Shown here piece after piece: positions 1 through 10,763 of a stretch of DNA of 64,000 nt. Every line of letters starts with the position of its first letter. Position 1 is the stretch's first letter. The DNA is taken from contig NW_005201287.1 of NCBI RefSeq assembly GCF_000372725.1, positions 589,081 to 653,080 on the forward strand, read 5' to 3'. The notes beneath the pieces are model-generated. The model searched no databases. It was not told the origin of the DNA and was given only the letters and a program-made list of their open reading frames with translations. A program made the translations under genes and the position numbers. Source of the stretch: Emiliania huxleyi CCMP1516. Taxonomy: Eukaryota.

Positions 1-439
1 CGACACAGAGAGCGCCCTCCTCGGGCAAGGGGCCAAGGTAGGCCACTTTGCGGTCATGCTGCGACGTCTGAGTGAGATCCCGCAAGCGCAGGACAAGTTC
101 TGGCGCTACATGGAGCTCGATCCTGAACATCCAGAACGAGCTCTACTTCCGCTCGCCCGAGTACAAGCTCACCTCCCACATCCTCAAGACCGGCACGACG
201 GCCTTCCCCACCCAGATGGCCGAGTCTGACGTTACGGACAGTTGGTCGCTCACGCCCTAGGTGGGGACCTTTGTCCTCCTCCCATCCCTCGAGCCTCGTT
301 TGGTTTGTCTGTTTTCTTTCTTTCTTTTACCCTCCCTAAATGGGTGATCTGGTGCTTGTCGGGCTTGAGAGTGGCCTGCCATGTCACAGGAAGGACTGTG
401 GTTGGTTGCAGGAGAGTACCACCAACCATCACTTTTTTG

Positions 440-785
440 TTAAGGTTCTTCGGGCCAGTTTGGGGGGGCAAACCCTGCCCGCCCCCTAGAACCCCAGGTA
501 AGGCCCAGGTGTGGCCTAGGGCATCAGAAGGGACCAAGAGGAGTCCAGTCTGAGCCATAGAGCCCATGTCTTTGCCCACGAAGGTCGCGTTCAAACGCCC
601 GGAACGGACGTTACAGTGGTGTCCGGCCGGCGCGATCACCGAGCTGTGACGCTCAGGGAAGCCGGTTGAGGTGCTGGTTTCTTTGCCCAGGGCTGGCCTT
701 CCCCCCAGGCTGGATCAGCTGAGCAAGGTTTGGGGAGAATCCCCCATTCAGATCTTCAGATATTTTGACGGATGACCGAAAATGG
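440..785. repeat. Dispersed ~345-bp repeat, copy 1 (copy 2 at ~46738-47088); probable internal part of a non-autonomous transposon
   Basis: Near-identical run GGGCCAGTTT...CCCTAGAACCCCAGGTAAGGCCC...GACGGATGACCGAAAATGG occurs at both loci in the same orientation. Confidence 0.9.
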
Positions 786-911
786 GCAAAAACGGGGTGA
801 TTTTGGTGTGGCGAGGGCCGAGGCGGTCGAAGACAGTTTTTTTCTTTTTAGCGGTTATGTGCTGTGCCGCCCGAGGATTAATAATTAATAATTATTACCC
901 GATTATTAATA

Positions 912-912
<1 letters not shown>

Positions 913-965
<53 letters not shown>
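913..965. repeat. (GT)n microsatellite
   Basis: Perfect GT run preceded by an AT-rich tract. Confidence 0.95.
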
Positions 966-969
<4 letters not shown>

Positions 970-1383
970 CCGATGGCAGGGAAGGGCAAGGCAGCGGCGA
1001 GCGGCAGGTGGCGTCGGTGACGCAGTCAGGACACGATGGTGAAGCCCACAGCGCAGGAGCCCCGCAGCAGCGCCGACCGCGGCTCCGCGCCGCGTCGGCG
1101 GCGGTCTAAGCGAGGCAGCCTGCACTCCACAACCTCCTTGGCATTCCCCCGACGAGCGGCGCGCTATGCGGGCCCGTCGCGGGCGCGGGCGGCGAGCCGA
1201 CGTGCGTGTCGTAGTCGTAGGCAGCGCTGTCGAAGCGAGGGCCGAGGCGGTCGGCGCAGGCCCCCGGACGCGGTCGCAGCGAGAGAAGCGAGACAGAAGA
1301 TGCTGTTGGAAGGGTGGGGAGCAGCCTGCCGTCGAGCGGCGCGCCGAGCAAGCCCGCTGCCGCGGCCCGATCGGCAGCGCTTG

Positions 1384-1436
1384 CACTTGGAGCACTTGGA
1401 GTGCAGTCAGTAACCGCACATCAGGGCCGGGGAGCT
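1384..1436. repeat. CACTTGGAGCACTTGGAGTGCAGT repeat family, short copy 1
   Basis: Same motif plus CACATC(C)AGGGCCGGGGAGCT as at 6675 and 7365; motif also at 5776. Confidence 0.85.
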
Positions 1437-1524
1437 CGGTTTTTTTCTTTTTAGCGGCCCTGCGATTTTGCTCCGCCGCTCGGGCGCGGAAATCTCCCCG
1501 CTGAGGTTTTGATCTCGTGCTGCC

Positions 1525-3397
1525 ATGGACTTGTCCGACCTGGCTCAGCTATCCGCTGCCGGCCACCCGCTCCCTGGCGTGGCGATGGCGCCTCCCGGTG
1601 ACCCGTCTCTCCACGTGCCGGTGCCGGTGCCGCTGCCCTTCCCGCTCGGCGAGGAGGAGGCGTCTCCGCGGCGCAGCGCGGCAGCGCATCTCCGGCTGGT
1701 CGATGCGTTGCAGCAGCACCACCTCGCTGACGACCTAGAGCCGCCCAGTGAGGTGCGATCACAGCCTGGCTCTCTCTTCTCACGCGACGCGATCAATTGA
1801 GAACGCACGCGCACGCACAGCGCAGCCCGTCTGCGTCTCAGTCAGCGAGCTGGCCCGCCGACCTGCTCGCGCACTGGTTCGAGCACGGCGGCCGCCTCCT
1901 TCCCCACGAGCGAGCGGCCGCGCAGTTCAACGCGCTGGCCGGATCGGTAGGGTGCGCCTCTCGGCAGCCTCTCGGCTGCACCTCGGCTGCACCTCGGCTG
2001 CACCTCGGCTGCATCTCGGCTGCACCTCGGCTGCATCTGGCTGCACCTCGGCTGCCTCTCGGCTGCCTCTCGGCTGCACTTCGGCTGCACCTCGGCTGCA
2101 TCTCGCCTGCTTGGCGGGGAGCGCCGCGGCCGGCCTGCTGCGGACGCGAGGCCTGCTGCTGGCACACGCGACTAACTCAGCGCTGGCCTCTCGCTGCCGT
2201 GTGTAGCATGGCTCACGAGTCAGACGCTGCCTCTCCCTCGCCCCGCCACCTCGCACCTCGCACGGCCGCCAGGTGGCAGCGGCGCGGCTTCTCGCTCGAA
2301 GACGTGCACGCGACGCTGCCGGTCCGGCTGGCGGCGGCGCCTCGCCTCGGCAACGGTGCCGACGGCTGGAGCGAGGAGGGCAGAGGGGAGGGCGGCGGAG
2401 GCGGGCGGCGAGGGGAGGGCGGTGGGGTGGTTGTCGGCGGCGTCCGGATCGGCGGCTCCCCCCGGGCATCGCCCTGCGGCGGGTTGAGTTGCGGGGGGCT
2501 CCTCGGCGCCATCGCGGCGGGGGCGGGCGAGCCGCTCGACTCGCTGGCCACTCAGTTCGGCGAGCGGGGCTGGGTGGCTGTGCGGCTCGGCATCGGCGCC
2601 GACGTGTGGAGGCAGGTGCTCGCTGCCGGCAAAGAGCTCACCGACCGTCTCACGCCGACCACCCTCGCCATACCTCTCGCGCTGAGCTTCGCCGCAGCAC
2701 CCCCAGCCCCCGACTCGTCGCCCCGAGGTGTGCGACGAGGGGCGGCGCGCCTACCCGCACATGAGGCCGGGCGAGCTCGTCGGAGGCAACGGCGCGCGCG
2801 CAAACAGCGGCGAGTCCCCCTCGGGAGCGGCGCGGGGCGACCGGTTCATCTTCTCGCACGAGCTCGACGCCGTGCCCCTCCCCGCCGTCCACGCCGTCGT
2901 CACCGCCGTCGGCCTCGTCGCCGGCGCGCTCGCCGCGCCGCTCGCCGCGCGCGCGAAGCTCCGGCTGCTGCAGCGGACGCAGTCGCTCTTCGCGTGCTTC
3001 CCTGGCGGCGGCGCGAGGTGCGGCGCAGAGGGGAGCGAGCGAGCGAGTGAGAGAGGGAGGGGGTGACTCCGCCACACCGTGCTGCCCGCTCACATGGTAC
3101 ACACCCTTCCCCCTCTCCCGCCCCTCTGCCAGGTACGGGCCCCACTTCGACGGCGGCGGCACCGACGGGCGACGGATGACGGCGATCGCGTACGCCAATT
3201 GCGGGTGGCGGCCGGAGCACGGCGGCGCCTTGGAGTTGCTAGAGGAGGAGGCCGAGGGCGGCGAGTGCTGGCGCGCCATCCCGCCCGCCGCCGACACGCT
3301 GCTGCTCTTCCGGTCAGACCGCATGTTGCACAAGGTGGCGCCCAGCCACAGCACGCGCTTCGCGCTCACGACGTTCTTCTACGCGCATGTGCTGTGA
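1525..3397 (+). CDS. EGLN/PHD-like prolyl 4-hydroxylase (2OG-Fe(II) oxygenase), multi-exon; start uncertain
   Basis: RGDRF..., FACFPGGGAR|YGPHFDG...RRMTAIAYAN..W...GGAL...ADTLLLFRSD.MLHKVAPS..RFALT: HxD...H...R motif set across an intron near 3018-3132. Confidence 0.8.
1971..2103. repeat. Intronic 10-bp tandem repeat (CCTCGGCTGC-type)
   Basis: Tandem CACCTCGGCTG/CATCTCGGCTG units; same family at 39257-39436. Confidence 0.9.
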
Positions 3398-3666
3398 GTG
3401 CCACAGTGAGGCAGCTGTGAGGCGTCGACCCGAGAGATATCAATTTATCGTGTTTTTCCCCGCGGGGAGCGCGGGGAGAGGGGTTGCTCCTCCGCTTATT
3501 GAGAGCGAGTTTTTGAGAAAGAGAGTGAGACGACTGACGACCCCACCAGGCGCAACGTCACACCACTTACATGTAAACCACACACCCCACGCAGCTCTCA
3601 AGGGAGCGAGAGAGAGACGGTTGACGGCGAGACCGGGAGAGTGGGGAGAGAGGGCGCGAGAGTGGA

Positions 3667-3697
3667 GAGAGCGAGAGCGAGAGCGAGAGCGAGAGCG

Positions 3698-3748
<51 letters not shown>
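3667..3748. repeat. (GAGAGC)n/(GA)n microsatellite
   Basis: Direct observation. Confidence 0.95.
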
Positions 3749-3752
<4 letters not shown>

Positions 3753-3966
3753 GTGCTAGTGGTCGATGCGCGCGCGTCAAACCCCGCCCCGGGTTACGAT
3801 CCGACCTGGCGGGTGTGGGTGGGTGTCGGTCGACCTGTGGCTGTGCATGCTGATGTAAGAAGAGTGTGCACGAACCGGGCGGAGGGGGGCATCTCTGTCG
3901 AGCGCCGCTGAGCCATGTTTTAGGTTCGGACAAGCAAGCCGGAAGCTTCCCTCTTTCAGAGTCCAA

Positions 3967-4478
3967 TCAGCCCATAAGTCCGGTGGTCGGCATGCAGCCC
4001 GTGGGGCAGGACACCTACAAGAGAACGCTCCTCGCTCAGGGCCCTGCCTCGCGTCATCTCTGCCCTCGACCCGGGTGGGGGCGCGGACCGGTTGCGCCGC
4101 AAAGAGGATCGAGCGGCGGCCACCCACGACCGGGAGAGAGTCGGGCTCGCAACCGTCGGGGCAGTTCGTGAACGGGATGAATGTACTTGTGCACATCTCG
4201 CCGCACCTGCCGGTTGTGTGTTCGCCTTGCTCGTTGTCCCAGGAGCAGCACGACTGCCCCTTCGGGCAGGCTTCTGCACTGGTGCACGTCACCGGGACGT
4301 CCGTTGTGATGAAACCATCGCGCGTGGTCCCCGCGCCATCAGCAACGTTTTGCGAGCAGCACTCGTCACTGCAGGTGTATTTGGATTTATCCGCCCTCAT
4401 CTCATCTGTCGGCGTCAAGCATACCGAGGCTGCCAGATCCAGGGTGGCGAGCGCGAGCACGGCGTGGAGGCCGCGCAT
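3967..4478 (-). CDS. Small secreted cysteine-rich protein (2 exons)
   Basis: Signal-like MRGLHAVLALATLDLAAS, many Cys (CC pairs, CPxGC twice), RRSILFA motif; GT-AG intron then VSCPTGCMPTTGLMG*. Confidence 0.65.
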
Positions 4479-4914
4479 TCTCTTCGGGCCGCAGGTGAGG
4501 GCGTAGGGCGGGCGGTGCCGGATTTTGACAACTGAAAGCAAGCGCTCGGCCAAGCGTTACGGCCGTTACGGAAAATACCGAGCGGCTGACTAAACCTTCT
4601 TCGTGGCTTTTTGGTTTTGAAAGTTCCTGCTGCTGGCACTCGTGTGAGGTAGCGGGGGGGCCACGACTACGTTTACGAAAACATAAGTAGTCCCGCGAGG
4701 TGTGAATTTGGCCGCCCCAGTAGCCCCCTTTTAGCACAGGCGGACTTTTTCGTGGCAAAACTCGTCAATCGCTTTGCGGCGGCAAAGCAGATTTTCACGG
4801 GCGTTCGAAGTGCTGGCTCAAACCCGTCATGCTTTGCTTCGGTCTCGACTTGAGTGCCGCTCGACTGGCCGATGAAGAGCGACCCGTACGACGCGCACTT
4901 GTCGTCCTCCCTCC

Positions 4915-5620
4915 TCATGGCATATGCAGACAGCGCTCATTACTGGCCAGCCGGCCGAGCGCGATGGCGGCGTTCTTCATTGTCTGGCCCTCGCCACGGT
5001 GTGCTAGGTCGAGCAGTGGCGGAACCACCGGTTGCACGGCGAGAACCTGCGGCAGAGGCCACATGTTGATAGCAGACGGGTGGCTCTGGGCTGCGGACAG
5101 GCGCGTGCGCACGCGCACCGCCAGGCAGCGAGGCTCGGTGGCGCACTCGGCGATACAAAGCGCAGCGTTGCCGTGCGAAGCGGCGTGGTCTGGAGCGCGA
5201 AGCAGTGTCGACAGCAGAGGGAGCACGCCTGTGTCGATTGAGCTCCGGTGAGGCAACTACTGGACCATCACTTTCGGCCGGCGTGGAAAGGGCGGCGTTC
5301 CGGCTGCGCATAGAGCGGCCGGCCCGCCGGCGTGGCGCGAGCAAGCCGTGAGGAGGCGCACGCTGTTGCCCACAAAGTCGCCGCTGTCCTCCTCGCCCTC
5401 CGACACCACAACCTCAGACGCCTCATTCGGGACCCCTCCGGCTGATGCTGCGGCCGGCGCTCCCAGTTCCGTGTTGTCGAGGCTGCTCTTGAGGAACTGA
5501 GCGAGCATGGCCACGGGCGGGCTGCCCCCGTCTAGCAGCATCTCGACGATGGCGGTGCAGCGTTGAGCGCCCTTGGCGAGCACCGCGATCAGCCTGCTAA
5601 GTAGCGGGCCCGGGCGAGAC
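4915..5620 (-). pseudogene. TTC12: TTC12-like C-terminal ARM-repeat region, apparently truncated at both ends
   Basis: HGNAALCIAEC...LLDLAH...MKNAAIALGRLA matches the TTC12 C-terminal ARM pattern; no TPR region upstream, where a repeat element starts at 5776. Confidence 0.6.
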
Positions 5621-5775
5621 AGCACAGAGTCCAGCGAAGCAGCGAACCTCTCGTCGTATTGCGAACCCCTCTGCCTCCTCAACGACCGAACGAGCGATCG
5701 CCACTTAGCGCGAGTCTGCAGCGAGTGCCAGGTGCCATCACCACAGTGCTGACTGGAGCCCCGCCACGTGCGCCG

Positions 5776-6188
5776 CACTTGGAGCACTTGGAGTGCAGTT
5801 GTGTCACAAGTTGGCAGCCTCACGGTTAGCCGGACGCTCGGGATCGGGTTACGGGCTAGAGAGCCCTAGCCCCGGGGGTGCGCGGTCGCAGGGCCATAAC
5901 ACGTCTCCGAGGGATGGTTCCGTGTACCGGGTTGCCCCTTAACTGCAGAACGCACCCTCTTCCTCGACCGTGGGGGGGTGCGCGTTCGCAGGGCCATAAC
6001 ACGGGTCTCCGAGGGTTAGTTCTGCGCTCCGGGGTTCCCCCAGCGGCGGAATTTTTCCCTCGCGCTGTGGGTCCCCCTAGCTGCGGAACGCCCCCTCTAC
6101 TCGGAGCTAAAGAATACTCTCCGAGGGTTGGACCCGCGTACCAGGTTTCCCCTTAACTGCAAGGACGCCCCCTCTACTCGGAGCTAGC
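5776..6188. repeat. CACTTGGAG repeat family, copy 2, with several ~65-bp CTCCGAGGG...CCCTCTACTCGGAG hairpin-like units
   Basis: Shared left motif, GGGCTAGAGAGCCC stem-loop, repeated inverted-repeat units. Confidence 0.8.
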
Positions 6189-6674
6189 GATACGTGACAC
6201 GGGAATACGTACCGCCCCCACGCAGTACCTACACTACTGGACGAGAATACAATAACACGCAGCTGCGAGACGCCTTACTCGAAGAGAATACGAGAATACG
6301 CAGCTGCGAGGCACCGCGTTCGCAATGAAGTCGCCTCGGGGGAGGCGGTGAAGGAGAGGATGGCGAGGGAGGTGACGGGAAAGGCGGCGGCAGGGGGGAA
6401 GGAGGAGGAGGTGGGAGGGGGGACGGCAAGGGAGGCGGCGGCGTCGGAGGGGGGGTGGGGGCGAGGGAGAGGGCGGTAGGGGAGGCGGCAATGAGAAGGA
6501 GTCGGCGAGGGCGGAGGCGGTGATCCGGTGATAGAAAGGGCGGCGGGGAAGGAGGCGGCGGGGGAGGCGGCGGCGGCGGAGGGGAGAAGGGGGGAAGGCG
6601 GTGGAGAAGGAGGCGGTGGGGTGGGAGGCCGTGGCGTGGGTGGGGGTGGGGGTGGGGGCGAGGGGCGGGAGGTA

Positions 6675-6915
6675 CACTTGGAGCACTTGGAGTGCAGTTA
6701 GTAGCCTCACATCCAGGGCCGGGGAGCTGAGAAGCGCACCCAGCGGGCCGGATGATCGGGATCGGGCTACGGGCTAGAGAGCCCTGACCCCTAGCTAGGG
6801 GGGGTGCGCGTTCGCAGGGAAAGCGAAAGGGCCGTAAAGTAAACACGGGTCTCCGAGGGTTGGTCTGCGCTTTGGGTTTCCCCTAGCTGCGGAGCGCCCC
6901 CTCTACTCGGAGCTA
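6675..6915. repeat. CACTTGGAG repeat family, copy 3
   Basis: ~120 bp nearly identical to copy 4, then one hairpin unit as in copy 2. Confidence 0.85.
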
Positions 6916-7364
6916 CATAATGGACACCAGACACACGCACACGACGTAAATCCCTACTCGACGTCACCCCTCAGGCCTCTGGGGCTCTCCTATCCTCCCG
7001 GTCCTCCCCCCGGCTCGCTTTCCGCTGGTCGGGCAGCAGTTGCGGAGCCCGCCGTCCCCTCTTATGCCTCTTCGGCCGCGGCCCCGCCACCGCCTCGTCT
7101 TCTCTGTCCGATTCTGTCGCCACCACCGACGGTGATCCCATGCCCGACTCCTCGGGCGAGGGCAGCGGCATTGGATCGCTACGCCGCCCCTCCCCGGGGA
7201 GTGGGGCCAGCTCACTTTGATCGAGGACTCGCGCCCGCCCCCGCGGTCTCCCTATCGTCCTCGGCTCGTCCGTACGTCCCGACTCTACTCGCAAAGGCCG
7301 CGCCAGCTCATCTCTCACCCTCTCCGCTCCAGCTTTGGGGGCGGAGGCGCCACAGCTCCGGGTC

Positions 7365-7497
7365 CTTGGAGCACTTGGAGTGCAGTCATCAACCTCACAT
7401 CCAGGGCCGGGGAGCTGAGAAGCGCACCCAGCGAGCCGGATGATCGGCATCGGGCTACGGGCTAGAGAGCCCTGACCCCTAGCTAGGGGCGGTGCGC
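7365..7497. repeat. CACTTGGAG repeat family, copy 4
   Basis: Matches copy 3 through CCCCTAGCTAGGGG. Confidence 0.85.
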
Positions 7498-7933
7498 ATT
7501 GGCTTTATTTTTTCTCGACATCGCGGCTACGCGGCGGGCCTCCGCGCCAGCGTGCTGGCGCAGCGGCAGAGCAATTATGTCTGTCGACAAGGTCAAATGC
7601 CGCGCGCTTCGTGCCGTCATCCAGCAACCTGAAACCTCCAACGCCGAGCTTCAGAGGTTTCTGGATCAAGCCGCGGCATCTCTGAATAATGCGAGTGATG
7701 AAGAAATCATGAAGCACGCTGCCGAATTGTTCTTCGACAAGCAGAACAGCTCTGGTAGAGCCTCGTCATCAGCGGCGGCGTCATCAGCGGCGTCATGCCG
7801 CCGCCGCCGCCGCTCCACCCGGTGCCCGTGTGTGGTGAGAGTTGCTTTGTGTATGTGTATGTCGTATGTGTGTGGACTTATGTCACACTTGAGCCTCTAT
7901 GTATGATTAGTAGACCGGTACTCGCGGGTTTGG

Positions 7934-10370
7934 ATGGTAGCGGGGGCCACGCGGGAGCCTCAACCCTCATCCCTCAACCCCTCTGGCCGACCGGCAGGCT
8001 GGTTGCTGACTTTCAGCCATCGATCGGCTCGCTCGGCACTTCGCGGCAGCGCTCCTAGCCGGCCTGGCTTGCTACAGCTGGCAGGCGGAGCCATTTGTCT
8101 GGCCGAGCCCTGCCTCGAGTGAACACGTTGCCAGCCTGGCAGACCGGCTCTCCGCCGAGAGCCCTGCTGCCGAGGAGTCAGCTGCTGCCGCGTGCGACGC
8201 GGTCCGGCCGCTCCTGGGCGGCCTGTCGTGCCGCAGTTTCCTCTCCGACCACTGGGAGGTTGCGCCGCTGCTTTCCCGGCCGGGTGCGGCATGGGCACGA
8301 GCTCTCTTCTCGCTGCGCGACGTCGAGCGGATGGCCCGCCTGTGGCCGCTGCGATTTCTTCGCAACCACGGGACTGCCGTGGTCCACACGCCGGGCTCGG
8401 GCTTCCTCGCCGACCCTCGGTGGGAGCGCGGAGCAGCCGTGCCACCGGACATCGTCGAGGTTGCGTTGGCTGCGGAGCGCACCTTTGTGCTTCACAACCT
8501 CGAGGTGTACTCTCCGCCCGTCGCCGCCTTCACTCGCTCCGTCGTCGCCTTCTTCCACGCATACACGCAAGTCAACCTCTACGTCTCTCCCGCCGGCCTC
8601 GAGGTCGCCACCTCGCCCCACCAGGACGCACACTCGGTCTTCATCGTGCAGGTGCCTCCTCCTCCTCCTCCTCCTCCTCCTCCTCCTCCTCCTCTCGCCT
8701 CCTCTCCTCCTCTCTCCTCCTCTCCTCCTCTCCTCCTCTCCTCCTCTCCTCCTCTCCTCCTCTCCTCCTCTCCTCCTCTCCTCCTCTCCTCCTCTCCTCC
8801 TCTCCTCCTCTCATCCTCCTCTCCTCTCCTCCTCTCCTCCTCCTCTCCTCTCCTCCTCGTCCTCCTCTCCTCCTCTCCTCCTCCCCCCGACTCGCGCCTC
8901 CACTGTGCCCAGGCGCGCGGCTGCAAGCGTTGGTCGGTGCACCCGCCCGCGCGCGGCAACTGGACCTTGCGCAGCCTGCAGCGAGGAAAGGCGGGGGAGG
9001 TGCTCTCTCCCTCGGACGGCAGCCTGATGCAGCCGCCCTCCATCGAGGTGGCGCCGCCTCCCAAGCCCTGTGCCTTCCACCACCATCTACTCGGCGGCGG
9101 GCGAGATGGTGTTCGAGTTGAGCTGTAGTCACCACCTCGGCGTCGGCGCTTTCTCGTACTTTTGCCGCAAGCCGTAGAGGCATCATCGCCAGATCCCCGT
9201 CGATCTCGAGCGAGCCGGGAGGACCTGCGGGGGATCCNNNNNNNNNNNNNNNNNNNNNNNNNNNNNNNNNNNNNNNNNNNNNNNNNNNNNNNNNNNNNNN
9301 NNNNNNNNNNNNNNNNNNNNNNNNNNNNNNNNNNNNNCCCCCGCCCCCCCAGCCCCTCTCTCTCTCTCTGCGCAGGCGACCCTCACACCCGGCGACGTGC
9401 TCTACGTGCCGCGCGCATTCTTCCACGCCACCGCAACTGCCGACGCCGCCATCGGCGACAGCTGCGGCGGCGCCGACGCGGGCGATCCCTCCGCCGCCCT
9501 CACGATCTCTGTCCTGTCAGAGGACGTCTTTGCGACTTGGCTCTACCTGCTGGGCGAGGCGCTCGACGAGCTCGCCACCCCGCCTCCCAACCCGCCTCCC
9601 AACCCGCCGACCGCCCCGCCGACTGCCCGGCCGACCGCCCCGCCGGCGGAGCTGCGAGGCGCGGCGGCGAGGCTGGTCTCCGCCTTGCGCCGGCTGGCCG
9701 TGGCGCAGCTTGGGATCGAGCAGAGTCACACCGGCCTGTCGGCGAGCCGCGTGGGCGACCAGCTCAGAGAGGCGCTGCCGCGCGCCTTGATGGCGCCGGA
9801 GGGAACGCCTCCGATCCTGCTGGCGGCCGGCTCCGACCCGCGCGCGCTGCTCTGGCGGCGGCACGCGCTGGGCCTGCTGCGTTCGGTCGCCGCGGCGTCG
9901 TGAGGGCTGCGCCTCCTCGCACGGCGCCTTGCCCTAGCCGTGCCGCGGGGCTGTTGGCTGTAGGCGGCCGAGGAGGCTGGGCAGCCTCGCCTCGCCAGCC
10001 TGTGGTGGGACGGCTCGCCCGCGGCGGCGCTCCTCTGGCCGGTCCTCGACGAGGCGACGAGCCGTGGCGCGGCTGTCTGCCCAGGACGCCGTTCCTCCAA
10101 TGACACGTGCCCGCCGGCGCGTCCCCGCAGGTGCTCCGGCGCAAGCGGGTCCCCGGCTCGCTCAAGCTCGAGCAGCTTGACACTTTCCTGCGCGAGGCGG
10201 CGAGGGGGCGGTCTCCGGCCGGCGCGGCGGACACGGCGGACGGCGGCGTGGAGTGGGGTGATGAGGCGCTGCGCCGGATCGATATCGACGCGGTCTTCAA
10301 GATCGAGAAGCGAGACAAGGCTCATTTGCCGCGCGACCGGGCGTGGTTCAGGCCGGCGGAGTGGACGTGA
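7934..10370 (+). CDS. JmjC/cupin-4 (RIOX/NO66/MINA53-like) oxygenase, multi-exon, spans a gap; start uncertain
   Basis: VNLYVSPAG...SPHQDAHSVFIVQ|ARGCKRW and LTPGDVLYVPRAFFHAT (HxD...H). Confidence 0.85.
8655..8888. repeat. Intronic CT-rich low-complexity tandem repeat
   Basis: (CCT)n and TCCTCTCC units between GT donor and AG acceptor. Confidence 0.9.
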
Positions 10371-10763
10371 GCTAGCTGGGGGGTCTCTTTCCGTACGAGG
10401 GGGTTAAAGGGAGGGTAGTAGATGTGTAAGCGATTTGTATGAATGTGCAGACATAGCGCCACTGCCGTAATGCTTAATAAATAGAATAAAAATCGGGAAT
10501 CCACAGTGTGAGAGGACCGAGATTCGACACAGGGCGGGCGGTCGCGGGTCGCACGCTGGCGCGAGAGCGACATCAGAGAGCCGCGAACCCAAGAGGCCGG
10601 CCGTGCTCACACATCTCGACATTGCACGGAGGGACAAACAGCTCAAAGGGAAGGGAGACGAAGGCAGGGCGATTTGGCCGTGCTGCCGACTGCGCCGTAG
10701 TCGCAGGCGCGAGCGAGCTGTACTCGTCTTGTCGCGGCCTCTTAGCGGGGGCGGGGCTTCATG

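Noticed and set aside
1..260. Coding-like fragment at the window start
   Set aside because: Truncated by the window edge, frame ambiguous, no recognisable family
7577..7830. Short ORF MSVDKVKCRALR...
   Set aside because: Too short and motif-free to support as a gene
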